64,000 nt of DNA from an uncultured Candidatus Saccharibacteria bacterium (GTDB taxonomy: Bacteria; Patescibacteriota; Minisyncoccia; Phycocordibacterales; UBA9973): contig CAZIZK010000002.1 in NCBI GenBank assembly GCA_964544225.1, positions 69,452 through 133,451 on the forward strand, read 5' to 3'. Of the stretch, positions 9,156-19,165 are shown piece by piece. A program made the position numbers and the translations under genes. Under the pieces are notes generated by a model that made no database searches, was not told the DNA's origin, and was given only the letters and a program-made list of their open reading frames with translations. The first letter of the stretch is position 1. Each line of letters begins with the position of its first letter.

Positions 9156-10898
9156 ATGATATTATCAAACGAGTTAAAGAAAATAATAAAGGGTGATGTA
9201 GACGACACTATCGATACGCGTACCAAATATTCACGCGACGCGAGCCTACTCGAGGTAATGCCCGAGGTGGTAGTGTATCCGAAGGACTCGGCCGATGTAT
9301 GTGCAATAGTAAAGTGGGTTAGTGAGAATAAAGATACATATTCCAAATTATCTATCACAGCGCGCTCTGCTGGAACATGTATGTCTGGTGGCGCTATCGG
9401 TGAGTCTATTATCATGGACTTTACTCGTTATATGAATGTTATCGAAGGTGTAAATAAAGTCACACCATTTAATATCGTTCCGAAATACCCAAACGCTCAC
9501 GAGGTAGAAGTGGCAGGCCAGGCGACTGTAATGCCAGGGTGCTATTATCGTGACTTTGAAAAGGTAACATTGGAGAATGGTTTGATATTACCTTGCTACA
9601 CCGCTTCCAAGAGTATCAATGCTGTCGGTGGTATGGTGGGCAACAACTCTGCTGGGGAGAAGACTTTGCAATACGGCAAGACCGAGGATTATATAAAGGA
9701 ATTGAGTGTAGTATTTGCTGATGGGTATGAATATGTTGTAAAGCCACTCAATAAAAAAGAGTTGTATGCAAAAATAGCGCAGACCGACTTTGAGGGCAAA
9801 GTCTACAAAGATATATTCAATATGATAAAGGACAATGCCATGACACTGAAAAATGCAAAGCCAAATGTTAGCAAGAACTCTGCCGGCTACTATCTATGGA
9901 ATGTATGGGATGAAGAAAAAGAAATATTTGACCTAACAAAATTAATCGTAGGTTCACAGGGGACACTCGGTATAGTTACAAAGATCACTTTCCACCTGAC
10001 AGCGGTAAAGCCTGCTTCAAAGTTGGTGGTATTGTTCATGAAAGATCTGAGCAAGCTCGGTGATGTGGTAGATACAATACTCCCATACAAGCCCGAGAGT
10101 ATCGAGAGTTACGATGATGCTACTATGAAGCTCGCTATAAAGTTCTTCCCAGACTTTTTCAAGAAGAAGGGCGCATGGGGGATGATAAAGTTCATGTGGA
10201 GCTTCTGGCCAGAAGTATTTATGATGCTAGCAGGTGGTATGCCAAAGTTGATAATCCTTGTCGAGTTTGCAGGCGACAGTGAGGCTGTGATAGATAAACA
10301 GGCAAAAGATTTTGCCAAAGATATAAAGAAGTTTGGCTTTCCAACACGTGTTACTGCAAGTAAATCTGAAAGTGAAAAGTATTGGGATATTCGCCGGGAG
10401 AGCTTCGCCCTTCTTCGCAAACATGTGAAGGACAAGCATACAGCACCGTTTATCGACGACATTATCGTGGCTCCACACTTACTTCCACAATTCCTGCCAG
10501 AGTTAAATAAAATATTGAAGGATTACCCGATCACTTATACTATTGCCGGCCATGCTGGTAATGGGAACTTCCATATCATACCGCTTATGGACTTCTCTGA
10601 CCCTAAAACAGCCGAGATCATTATCGAATTGTCTGCAAAGGTTTATGACCTAGTGATAAAATACAAAGGCTCCACAACAGCCGAGCACAATGATGGTATC
10701 ATCCGCACAGCATTCCTGAACCAAATGTATGGTGACAATGTTACAAAGCTTTTTGCAGATACAAAGAATCTATTTGACCCAAAGGTAATACTGAACCCAG
10801 GCAAGAAGGTGGCATTGGGCGATGGAGGCCCAGGAACTGTTGAATATATTCGTTCACATATAATAAAAGAATCCCACGACCATAGTCATAAAGTGTAA
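9156..10898 (+). CDS. FAD-binding oxidoreductase (D-lactate dehydrogenase/GlcD-like)
   Basis: RSAGTCMSG, GGMVGNNSAG, GSQGTLG, GHAGNGNFH, AEHNDG, FDP..ILNPGK motifs. Confidence 0.9.
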   Translation: MILSNELKKIIKGDVDDTIDTRTKYSRDASLLEVMPEVVVYPKDSADVCAIVKWVSENKDTYSKLSITARSAGTCMSGGAIGESIIMDFTRYMNVIEGVNKVTPFNIVPKYPNAHEVEVAGQATVMPGCYYRDFEKVTLENGLILPCYTASKSINAVGGMVGNNSAGEKTLQYGKTEDYIKELSVVFADGYEYVVKPLNKKELYAKIAQTDFEGKVYKDIFNMIKDNAMTLKNAKPNVSKNSAGYYLWNVWDEEKEIFDLTKLIVGSQGTLGIVTKITFHLTAVKPASKLVVLFMKDLSKLGDVVDTILPYKPESIESYDDATMKLAIKFFPDFFKKKGAWGMIKFMWSFWPEVFMMLAGGMPKLIILVEFAGDSEAVIDKQAKDFAKDIKKFGFPTRVTASKSESEKYWDIRRESFALLRKHVKDKHTAPFIDDIIVAPHLLPQFLPELNKILKDYPITYTIAGHAGNGNFHIIPLMDFSDPKTAEIIIELSAKVYDLVIKYKGSTTAEHNDGIIRTAFLNQMYGDNVTKLFADTKNLFDPKVILNPGKKVALGDGGPGTVEYIRSHIIKESHDHSHKV

Positions 10899-10901
10899 TA
10901 A

Positions 10902-10934
10902 AAAAATCCTTCATACATAGTACGAAGGATTTTT
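10902..10934. terminator. Bidirectional intrinsic terminator
   Basis: AAAAATCCTTC/GAAGGATTTTT stem between convergent genes. Confidence 0.75.
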
Positions 10935-10951
10935 ATAATTGTTTGAGAAAA

Positions 10952-11707
10952 TTACTTTCTTTTAATACTACCAGATCCTGACATATCAATATCAGAAACT
11001 AGAGTATTCTTTGGAAGTATTAAACTTCCACTGCCAGTGATTTCTACCTCATCTATGCTTGCGCATTTGTTGATAGATACATCGGCTGAGCCAGTAATTT
11101 CAATCTTGTTAGCATGCTTACAGCTATCAATTGATACCGAAGCGGAACCTGTTACCTCAAGTTGCATTAAGTTTGTAACTAAAGCAACAGTAACATCGGA
11201 ACTTCCTGTAATTTCCAAATTTAAATTTGTTACTTTGTTGTTGATAGTTACATCATACAACGAAGTTATTTTTAAATCTGAATTATCAGGCATGGTAATT
11301 GCAAAAGTTGTTATTGGTGTAGAGTTATTAGGTATAACCTGACCATTTACAATGATTACATTTTTACCTGATACTTTTTTGCCATCGATTGTAATTGTAT
11401 TGGTATTACCAGTATTGATTATTGTTCCATCAATATTAGTATTACCACCGATTATAACCGAACCGTTAGAGCCACCTACAACATTTACGCCTGTATTTAC
11501 TCCTTTGAGTGTATACATCTGCGATAAAGAGTCATAGGTTAGGGTAACATTGTATTTTTTCAAGGTGTCTTTGTTTGGTAAACTGAGAGCACCTTTATTT
11601 ATTACAATGTTTCCAGGAAGATTTTTTAAGGTCAATTTCTGACCATAAACGCAATTGCTACTGATGCACAGTGCAAGTAAGATAAGGTAATTAATGTAAT
11701 TTTTCAT
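10952..11707 (-). CDS. Secreted protein with GIN/DUF2807-like beta-solenoid repeats
   Basis: Signal peptide; repeated EITGSxxV and terminal SGSGSI units. Confidence 0.7.
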   Translation of the reverse strand: MKNYINYLILLALCISSNCVYGQKLTLKNLPGNIVINKGALSLPNKDTLKKYNVTLTYDSLSQMYTLKGVNTGVNVVGGSNGSVIIGGNTNIDGTIINTGNTNTITIDGKKVSGKNVIIVNGQVIPNNSTPITTFAITMPDNSDLKITSLYDVTINNKVTNLNLEITGSSDVTVALVTNLMQLEVTGSASVSIDSCKHANKIEITGSADVSINKCASIDEVEITGSGSLILPKNTLVSDIDMSGSGSIKRK

Positions 11708-11833
11708 TGTTTTGTCGATTTATTAGTATTATATCATATTTATACTGTTTAGTCAATATATTGCAATAAAAGCATATAATATAAGGATCAATAAAGTTTG
11801 CCTAAATGGGGGATTTATGCTAAAGTTGGACCT

Positions 11834-12460
11834 ATGAATAAATTAACCGCAACAAAGCGAAGTAAGGCTGAAAAGCTTGCAACTGTACGAAATAACGGTA
11901 TGGTGCCGGCTGTAGTCTATGGCGCTCACGTGGAGAATACTATACTCTCTGTGCCGAGCGTTGATTTTATAAAGGTTTTTAGAGTCGCAGGAGAGTCAAG
12001 TACAATACAGCTTGCCATTGATGGCATAAATGTAGATGTACTTATACACGATGTACAATTGGACCCATTAAAGGGCTTCCCATTGCATGTAGACTTCCTA
12101 GCTGTTGATATGAACAAGCCTGTCCAAGTTGCAATACCACTTGAGTTCACTGGTGTAGCACCTGCTGAAAAGGCTGGTTTGGGAGTATTGGTAAAGGTAT
12201 TACACGAAGTAGAAGTAAGTGCTCTTCCAAAAGATTTGCCACATGCTATATCAGTAGACCTAGCTACTCTTGCAACATTAGAAGACCAGATACACGTATC
12301 TAACATTGTACTTCCAAAGGGAGTAGAAATGATTACAGATACTGAAGAAGTAGTAGCTCTTGTGGCTGCTGCCAAGGAAGAAGTAGAGTCAGCTCCTGTT
12401 GACCTTTCATCTATTGAAGTAGAGAAGAAGGGTAAGAAGGAGGAAGAAGCTGCTGAATAA
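11834..12460 (+). CDS. rplY: 50S ribosomal protein L25 (Ctc type)
   Basis: VPAVVYG, HVDF, LPKDLP, acidic tail; start moved to ATG 11834 after the -10 box TAAAGT. Confidence 0.95.
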   Translation: MNKLTATKRSKAEKLATVRNNGMVPAVVYGAHVENTILSVPSVDFIKVFRVAGESSTIQLAIDGINVDVLIHDVQLDPLKGFPLHVDFLAVDMNKPVQVAIPLEFTGVAPAEKAGLGVLVKVLHEVEVSALPKDLPHAISVDLATLATLEDQIHVSNIVLPKGVEMITDTEEVVALVAAAKEEVESAPVDLSSIEVEKKGKKEEEAAE

Positions 12461-12484
12461 AAATAAAACACAGATTTCTTAATT

Positions 12485-12518
12485 GAAAACCCCTAAAATA
12501 AACATTTTAGGGGTTTTC
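12485..12518 (+). terminator. Intrinsic terminator after rplY
   Basis: GAAAACCCCTAAAAT/ATTTTAGGGGTTTTC inverted repeat. Confidence 0.75.
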
Positions 12519-12537
12519 GTATGCTATAATATGTACT

Positions 12538-13890
12538 ATGAATCGAGCAATACGATATTTTATTTCTGTTACTCTAATATTTTCCTTTTTTATTTCTGTT
12601 ATTCCTGTCCACGCCGACCAATTACAAAACGCCCAAGCTGACAAAGCTCGCTTGGAGTCTGAATTGGCAAGTCTAGAGGCTGAGATAGCCCAGAAGCAAA
12701 AAGAACTAGAAGGGCAAAAGGGTCAGTCCGTGTCACTTTCGCGTGATATTACAATACTTACTACTCAGATCAACAAAGCAAAGCTCGATATAAAAGCTCG
12801 TAACCTTACTATTACAAAGCTTGGTGGAGAGATCACCCAGAAGAATACAGCTATCCGATCACTAACCGAGAAGATCGAGATGGAGAAAGAATCATTAGCC
12901 CAGCTTTTGCGTAAAAGTAGGGAGATAGACGATATGTCATTGTTGGAACTAATGCTTTCAAAGAAGAGTCTGAGCGAGGCTTATGGTGATGTAGACGATT
13001 TTGCATCATTGAATAAATCTATTAAAAATTCAATAGAGACTATTTCAGGTGTTCGCAATCAGACGGAGGTACAGAAGAAGTCGCTAGAAGTAAAGAAGAA
13101 CCAAGAGATAGATACAAAAGTGGCGCTTGAAAATGCAAAGAAATTGGTAGAGACTAGTGAGGCCCAAAAGAAGCAACTTCTTTCAATAAGTAAAAACAAA
13201 GAGACTGAATATCAAAAAGTCCTAGCTGACAAAGCAAAACGTAAAAATGAAATATTGGCAATGTTGTTCGGCCTGCGTGACACGGCGGCTATCCCTTTTG
13301 GAAAGGCCCTGGAATATGCTAATTATGCATCTAGTAAGACAGGGGTCCGGCCCGCGTTTATATTGGCGATACTTACTCAGGAGAGTAACTTAGGTACTGA
13401 CCAGGGTTCATGTTATGTTACTAACTTTGAAACAGGGGCGGGGGTGAGCTCACGTAGTGGTAAAACATTTACAAATGTGATGAAGCCAACACGCGACATT
13501 GAACCATTCAAGGCTATAACTGCCTCAGTTGGCCGTGACCCGTATAAAACTCTGATATCTTGTCCTATAGGTGGATATGGTTACGGTGGGGCGATGGGTC
13601 CAGCCCAGTTCATACCATCGACCTGGAACCTTATGAAGACTCGTGTTGCCAGTGCCCTGGGCAAGACAGCCGCAGACCCTTGGAACCCACGTGACGCATT
13701 CATGGCTTCAGCTATATACCTAGGTGACTTAGGGGCAAAAGCCGGAACTTATACATCTGAAAGGACAGCAGCTTGTAGGTATTATGGTGGGGGCAAGGCT
13801 TGTACTACTATCACATCACCATATGGTAATAGTGTTATGAAGAAGGCCGACAATATCCAAAAGAACATGATCGACCCATTGCAAAATTAG
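12538..13890 (+). CDS. Secreted coiled-coil protein with C-terminal lytic transglycosylase (MltB/SLT-like) domain
   Basis: Signal peptide, long coiled coil, [28 protein letters not shown]. Confidence 0.88.
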   Translation: MNRAIRYFISVTLIFSFFISVIPVHADQLQNAQADKARLESELASLEAEIAQKQKELEGQKGQSVSLSRDITILTTQINKAKLDIKARNLTITKLGGEITQKNTAIRSLTEKIEMEKESLAQLLRKSREIDDMSLLELMLSKKSLSEAYGDVDDFASLNKSIKNSIETISGVRNQTEVQKKSLEVKKNQEIDTKVALENAKKLVETSEAQKKQLLSISKNKETEYQKVLADKAKRKNEILAMLFGLRDTAAIPFGKALEYANYASSKTGVRPAFILAILTQESNLGTDQGSCYVTNFETGAGVSSRSGKTFTNVMKPTRDIEPFKAITASVGRDPYKTLISCPIGGYGYGGAMGPAQFIPSTWNLMKTRVASALGKTAADPWNPRDAFMASAIYLGDLGAKAGTYTSERTAACRYYGGGKACTTITSPYGNSVMKKADNIQKNMIDPLQN

Positions 13891-13916
13891 TAAACCTATG
13901 CTATTATGGCACCTAT

Positions 13917-14129
13917 ATGAAAAAGGAAATCCACCCAAAATACAATATAGCTTCAGAAGTGTCTTGCGCATGCGGAGCGTCATTTGCTGTTGGTTCTACA
14001 ATGGACAAGATCAATGTTGAAATCTGCAGTCAGTGCCACCCATTCTATACAGGTAATGAAAAGGTTCTAGACACAGCAGGACGTGTTGATCGCTTCAAGA
14101 AGCGCGCAGCTGCGAGTGCAAAGAAATAA
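13917..14129 (+). CDS. rpmE: 50S ribosomal protein L31 (Zn-binding type)
   Basis: [29 protein letters not shown]. Confidence 0.97.
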   Translation: MKKEIHPKYNIASEVSCACGASFAVGSTMDKINVEICSQCHPFYTGNEKVLDTAGRVDRFKKRAAASAKK

Positions 14130-14177
14130 ATATTTTACAAAAAGCGCTCTTTAAGAGCGTTTTTTGTTTGGAAAATT

Positions 14178-15149
14178 ATGGAAAATATTGAAGAATTAAA
14201 AAAGAATCACAAGACGGGCTACCTCGCAACACAATACGAGCATCTTTGCCGTGAGGAAGAGAAGGTGAAAGGGATGATCAATGAGGATGAGAGTATGAGG
14301 GAACTTGCCGACGAAGAATTGCAAAATATAAAATTTCAAAAAGAGGGTATAGAGATGCAAATAGAGGAAATATTGAAGAGCGAAAAAGAGGAAGAAGAAT
14401 TTCCAAATGAAATAGTTTTGGAAGTCCGCGCAGGTGCAGGTGGTGATGAAGCGTCACTCTTTGCTTGGGAACTGGCTCGTATGTACGAGCGCTATGCCGA
14501 GACACAAGGCTGGAGCTGGAAGACTCTGGATGAATCCGAGAACAATGTAGGTGGGTACAAAGAAGCTTCTTTTGAAGTGCGTGGAAAGGATGTATATAGG
14601 GAACTACGCTACGAGACAGGTGTACACCGTGTACAGCGTATCCCCGCAACGGAAAAGAATGGCCGTATACATACATCTACTGCATCGGTAGCAGTGTTGC
14701 CAATGAAGAAGAAGGTAACTATCGAAGTAAACCCTGCCGATATCGACATGGAATACTCACGTTCAGGGGGTGCCGGTGGGCAGAATGTGAACAAGGTGGA
14801 GACAGCTGTCCGCTTAATCCACAAGCCAACAGGTATTGATGTTCGCTCTACAAGTGAGCGTACACAGCTTGGAAACAGGGAAAAGGCCATGACAATCTTG
14901 ATGTCCAAGCTTCAGATGGCAAAGGATGAAGAAGATGCAAAGAAGTATTCTGCCGACAGAAAGAACCAGATAGGAACAGGGGACAGAAGCGAGAAGATCC
15001 GCACCTACAACTTCCCCCAGGACCGTATTACCGACCACCGTATACGAACGTCTTGGTCCAATATACCAGGCATTATGCAGGGTAATATAACTAAAATAAT
15101 CGAAGCCCTATCCTCCGGCACCGTCGGCGACGCCGAAGACGAGGAATAA
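14178..15149 (+). CDS. prfA: Peptide chain release factor 1
   Basis: [15 protein letters not shown] (PxT), [16 protein letters not shown]. Confidence 0.96.
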   Translation: MENIEELKKNHKTGYLATQYEHLCREEEKVKGMINEDESMRELADEELQNIKFQKEGIEMQIEEILKSEKEEEEFPNEIVLEVRAGAGGDEASLFAWELARMYERYAETQGWSWKTLDESENNVGGYKEASFEVRGKDVYRELRYETGVHRVQRIPATEKNGRIHTSTASVAVLPMKKKVTIEVNPADIDMEYSRSGGAGGQNVNKVETAVRLIHKPTGIDVRSTSERTQLGNREKAMTILMSKLQMAKDEEDAKKYSADRKNQIGTGDRSEKIRTYNFPQDRITDHRIRTSWSNIPGIMQGNITKIIEALSSGTVGDAEDEE

Positions 15150-15184
15150 AAAAATCCCCGTTTATTTTTAAACGGGGATTTTTT
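15149..15184. terminator. Bidirectional intrinsic terminator
   Basis: AAAAAATCCCCGTTTA/TAAACGGGGATTTTTT inverted repeat. Confidence 0.8.
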
Positions 15185-15194
15185 GCTTATTTTT

Positions 15195-15707
15195 TTAAGC
15201 AAGATTTTTAGTAGAATAATCTTGTTCTGAACTACACAATAAAGTTCCACACTCTGGATTTTCATCATCGCATCCAGATGGCAGGCATGAACCACATCGT
15301 CCAGCTAAAACCAGCTTGCCCTTCTTTGAATTGCAAATTTCTCCGAATTCAATCATGAAGTATTTATTAGTCTTTTTAAATAGGATTTTCAACCTTTCTT
15401 TTTCACCTTTTGTATTTCCTGCTGGATTGTGATGTAAGTAATATCCAAATGTTTTTTGACAATCACTTTGGTATCTTTTTGAAAAAAGTATATGGTGGTG
15501 CCAAACTTCATCAATCATTTTGCTGGGTGCAAATGGACCTGCATCGTGATATTTTGCATGGATAATCAAAAATCTTTTGTACCATTTAATGGCAGTCTCA
15601 GCTTCTTCTTTTGTCCATGGATTTTGATTGTCTGTTGTCTTCTTTGTAAGTTGGGTTAAAATCATATCAAGATTTAAACCATCAATCATTTGTGTGATAT
15701 TGTTCAT
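15195..15707 (-). CDS. Glycine-rich-domain (GRDP-like) protein with Cys-rich C-terminal tail
   Basis: YKRFL...PSKMIDEVWHHHIL...Y..DC...G..LHHNP pattern; tail CGSCLPSGCDDENPECGTLLC. Confidence 0.7.
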   Translation of the reverse strand: MNNITQMIDGLNLDMILTQLTKKTTDNQNPWTKEEAETAIKWYKRFLIIHAKYHDAGPFAPSKMIDEVWHHHILFSKRYQSDCQKTFGYYLHHNPAGNTKGEKERLKILFKKTNKYFMIEFGEICNSKKGKLVLAGRCGSCLPSGCDDENPECGTLLCSSEQDYSTKNLA

Positions 15708-16009
15708 GGTGTATTTAGTTTTGTTTCTATTAAAATAACATGATTTATATATATTGTAAAGGATATGTATAGGCTCACTAGCTTGGATGGAATAGGTAAA
15801 GTAATAAAAATAAATATGTAACTTGCTAGATAATGGGGTTTTGTGGTATATTAATCCTCAGTAGTTTGCTTACGTTTTGGTTATTTGTTTCATTTTCGTT
15901 GTGTTAAACATTGAGAGTGTAAATGAAAATCGGCTAGCGATTACATTTATAAATTTATTTCCTTTGAATTTCAGTATGAAAGTACTGTTAGGAGAAGTAC
16001 ATTGTCATT

Positions 16010-16270
16010 ATGGCAAAGAAATTATATGTTGGTGGTCTTCCTTACAAGACAACTAACGACGAGCTAAAAGCTCACTTTGAAGCAGCTGGATCAGTTGCAT
16101 CAGCAACTATTATCATGGATAAGATGACTGGACGCTCAAAAGGCTTCGGTTTCGTAGAAATGAATGATGATGCAGATGCTGACAAGGCTATCTCAATGTT
16201 TAACGGTCAGGACTTCGATGGAAGAAACCTAACTGTAAACGAAGCTCGCCCAATGGCACCACGTGCTTAA
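16010..16270 (+). CDS. RRM (RNP-1) RNA-binding protein
   Basis: LYVGGL (RNP2) and KGFGFVEM (RNP1); terminator at 16283-16312. Confidence 0.95.
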   Translation: MAKKLYVGGLPYKTTNDELKAHFEAAGSVASATIIMDKMTGRSKGFGFVEMNDDADADKAISMFNGQDFDGRNLTVNEARPMAPRA

Positions 16271-16479
16271 TTAGGCCTGTATAAAAAGCCCTGGGGTAAC
16301 CCGGGGCTTTTTGTTTGCAAAATAGGGTTATTTTTGCTATATTTTAGGTGCTCATATATAGATGAATGGGTCGTTATTTTTATTTACAAATAGGAATCTG
16401 AAGTATGAGCGTATAGTTGTTGGTAGGACTATGAGTAACCAATAATTGGCACATTTATAAAAGTAAGGTTTAAATCGAT

Positions 16480-16551
16480 GCGCGTATAGTTCAGTGGTAG
16501 AACGCTGTCCTGATAAGACAGAGGCCCTTGGTTCGATTCCAAGTACGCGCA
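16480..16551 (+). tRNA. tRNA-Ile(GAU), CCA not encoded
   Basis: Acceptor GCGCGTA/TACGCGC, D loop AGTGGTA, anticodon arm CTGTC-CTGATAA-GACAG, T loop TTCGATT. Confidence 0.95.
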
Positions 16552-16653
16552 CAAAGTGTTAAAACACTTTGTGCGAGACGGAGCGCGACGGCGCGAGTCA
16601 GGGTCGTGCAAATTTTCACCAGAAAATTATGTATGACCACAAAGTGTTAAAAC
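16550..16653. repeat. tRNA-3'-associated GC-rich hairpin element bounded by a 16-bp direct repeat
   Basis: CACAAAGTGTTAAAAC at 16550-16565 and 16638-16653; internal stem GGTCGTGCA-AATTTTC/GAAAATT-A-TGTATGACC. Confidence 0.65.
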
Positions 16654-16679
16654 CACAAAGGTTAAAAACACAAAAATGT

Positions 16680-16925
16680 ATGGAAGAAAACAATACAAAA
16701 AGTAAATCAAAGTGGCTTGTTGGTATAGTTTTATTTACCAAAGTATCTATTTGGATTGTAGGTCCTATACTAGTTGCTTTGTTTGTAGGTAAATACATGG
16801 ATGCTAAATACGGTACAGAACCATGGATGTTTATAGGTGCGATGGTTATTGCATTTATTACATCAATGATAGCCATAACAAAAGTTGCTTTTAAATATAT
16901 TAAAAAAGTTGATATAAAAAAATAA
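16680..16925 (+). CDS. AtpZ/AtpI-family ATP synthase accessory protein
   Basis: Two TM helices with GKYMDAKYGTEPW; first gene of the atp operon; start moved to ATG 16680. Confidence 0.8.
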   Translation: MEENNTKSKSKWLVGIVLFTKVSIWIVGPILVALFVGKYMDAKYGTEPWMFIGAMVIAFITSMIAITKVAFKYIKKVDIKK

Positions 16926-16926
16926 T

Positions 16927-17883
16927 ATGTCACAAACAGAAATTACAACAGAAGATACTCACGTAAACAATACAGCTATTGTTGTGGATGGTATAGAGCA
17001 TGCAACTTCAACTGAAAGTCATTCTTCTGAGCTTGTACCACACGAGGCAGGGCTGTATGCAGAAGAGATAGGTCATATTGGTAATTTTCCTATAACCAAT
17101 GCTTTATTTACTGGCTGGTTGTCTGTTGGTGTGATATTGATATTGGCTATTATAATTCGCCTAAAAATAAAAGAAGTTCCAAAAGGTATACAGAATTTCT
17201 TTGAATATGTTGTAGATGGTGCAATGTCGCTGGCTGACCAGGTAACAGGTGACAGAAAGATAACCGAAAAAGCTTTTCCATTTATATTTCCTATATTCAT
17301 GTTTGTTTTGATCAATAACTGGTTCGGTATTATGCCACTAGGAGGATTCGGAATTATCCATGTAACAGAACATGGTAATGCATTTATACCACTGATACGT
17401 AGTGCTACTGCCGATATCAATGGTACAGTCGCACTAGCCATATTCTCAGTTATAGGAGCCAACATATTTGGAGCAATATTTATCGGTATATGGAAAATGT
17501 TCAATAAATATGTTAATCTAAAGGCGCTCGGTGGTGTTGTAACAAAGGTCAGGAAAGACCCAATGGTTCTCCTAACAGCACCGATCATGGTATTCGTAAG
17601 TGCATTGGAAATAGTGGGTGAGATAGCAAAGGTTGCCTCACTTTCATTCCGTTTATTTGGTAACGTATTTGCAGGTGAAGTATTGCTTGCATCTATGGCA
17701 GCACTAATGTCATATATATTACCAACACCATTCCTAATATTGGAAGTATTCGTAGGAATAATCCAAGCATTTATATTTGCTATACTTACACTGGTGTATT
17801 ACACAATCGCAGCACAGGACCATGATCATGATGAGGAGCACGAACACAAACCCCATCATGAGGCAGAGGTAAGTGCAGTGTAG
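16927..17883 (+). CDS. atpB: ATP synthase Fo subunit a
   Basis: TADIN, SLSFRLFGNVFAGE, IQAFIF motifs; His-rich C-terminal tail. Confidence 0.97.
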   Translation: MSQTEITTEDTHVNNTAIVVDGIEHATSTESHSSELVPHEAGLYAEEIGHIGNFPITNALFTGWLSVGVILILAIIIRLKIKEVPKGIQNFFEYVVDGAMSLADQVTGDRKITEKAFPFIFPIFMFVLINNWFGIMPLGGFGIIHVTEHGNAFIPLIRSATADINGTVALAIFSVIGANIFGAIFIGIWKMFNKYVNLKALGGVVTKVRKDPMVLLTAPIMVFVSALEIVGEIAKVASLSFRLFGNVFAGEVLLASMAALMSYILPTPFLILEVFVGIIQAFIFAILTLVYYTIAAQDHDHDEEHEHKPHHEAEVSAV

Positions 17884-17919
17884 TTTTATTTAGAGGTCAA
17901 AACATTATTAGTTTAATAA

Positions 17920-18153
<234 letters not shown>

Positions 18154-18247
18154 TTCGCTATTTGTAACTGGCCACTTTACTCTATCAAGCTGGCTGGTGA
18201 CAAGGAGCGAATGAAGATTCACTTTTATAATTTAATTTTTTACACAA

Positions 18248-18739
18248 ATGGACTCATTTATTGACGCATTTCATATAGATTGGAAGATAATCATAGCTCA
18301 GGCTGTGAACTTTGTTGTTGTATTGATAGTACTGCACTTTATCCTTATCAAACCATTGAAGAAGGTAATGGCAGAACGTTCAAAGAAGATCGAGCAGGGT
18401 ATTGAAGATGCAAAGTGTAATGCCGAGGCAATAAAGGCTACAAAAGAAGAATATACAAAGATAATAGCCGAGGCAAAATCTGAGGCACACAAGATTTTCC
18501 AAGAAGGTAAAATTGAAGCTGAAACAAAAAAATCCGAGATGCTAGCTCAAGCGTCTTTAGATGTAGAAGCAATGGTATTAAACGGCAAGAAGCAGTTAGA
18601 ACGTGAAAAATTGACAATGGTAGATGACGCAAGGCGCGAAATAGTGTCACTAGTAGTAGCTGCAACTGAGAAATTGCTAGGTGATGAGGCTGATAGCAAG
18701 CTCGATGCAAAGTTAACAAAGCGTATAAGCAAGATGTAA
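18248..18739 (+). CDS. atpF: ATP synthase Fo subunit b
   Basis: QAVNF TM anchor, KPL, coiled coil; operon position. Confidence 0.95.
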   Translation: MDSFIDAFHIDWKIIIAQAVNFVVVLIVLHFILIKPLKKVMAERSKKIEQGIEDAKCNAEAIKATKEEYTKIIAEAKSEAHKIFQEGKIEAETKKSEMLAQASLDVEAMVLNGKKQLEREKLTMVDDARREIVSLVVAATEKLLGDEADSKLDAKLTKRISKM

Positions 18740-18745
18740 TTATTT

Positions 18746-19153
18746 ATGATAAAGGCTCGAACAAACGACATAGCACACGCAATACACGAAGCAGTAAAAG
18801 GCAAGAAAGGTGCCGAGCTTGAAGCGGTGCTTGAAAATGTTGCAAAGTTCTTGGCCAAGAATAGGTTACTAAAGAAGAAAGAGGAAATAATAAATAAACT
18901 CGAGATTTTACAAAATAAAGAGGAAGGACGGATAAAAGTAAGTTTACAAAGTAGGCATAAATTGAAAAAGGAAAATATTGCAGACATAAATCATTTCTTG
19001 AAGAATCATTACAAAGCTGAAGAGATAGATATAGATGAAAGTGTGGACGAGAGTTTGATAGGCGGAGTAAGGATACAAGTAGGCAACGACATTATAGACA
19101 TGACACTGAGCAACCAGATAAAACAATTAAAAAATTATTTATTACAAAATTAA
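18746..19153 (+). CDS. atpH: ATP synthase F1 subunit delta
   Basis: VDESLIGGVRIQVGNDIID motif; operon position. Confidence 0.92.
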   Translation: MIKARTNDIAHAIHEAVKGKKGAELEAVLENVAKFLAKNRLLKKKEEIINKLEILQNKEEGRIKVSLQSRHKLKKENIADINHFLKNHYKAEEIDIDESVDESLIGGVRIQVGNDIIDMTLSNQIKQLKNYLLQN

Positions 19154-19165
19154 TACAATACCAAT

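Noticed and set aside
16352-16679. ORFs 16352-16552, 16429-16611 and the N-terminal extension of 16569-16925
   Set aside because: They overlap tRNA-Ile and its trailer element; the AtpZ-like gene more plausibly starts at 16680.
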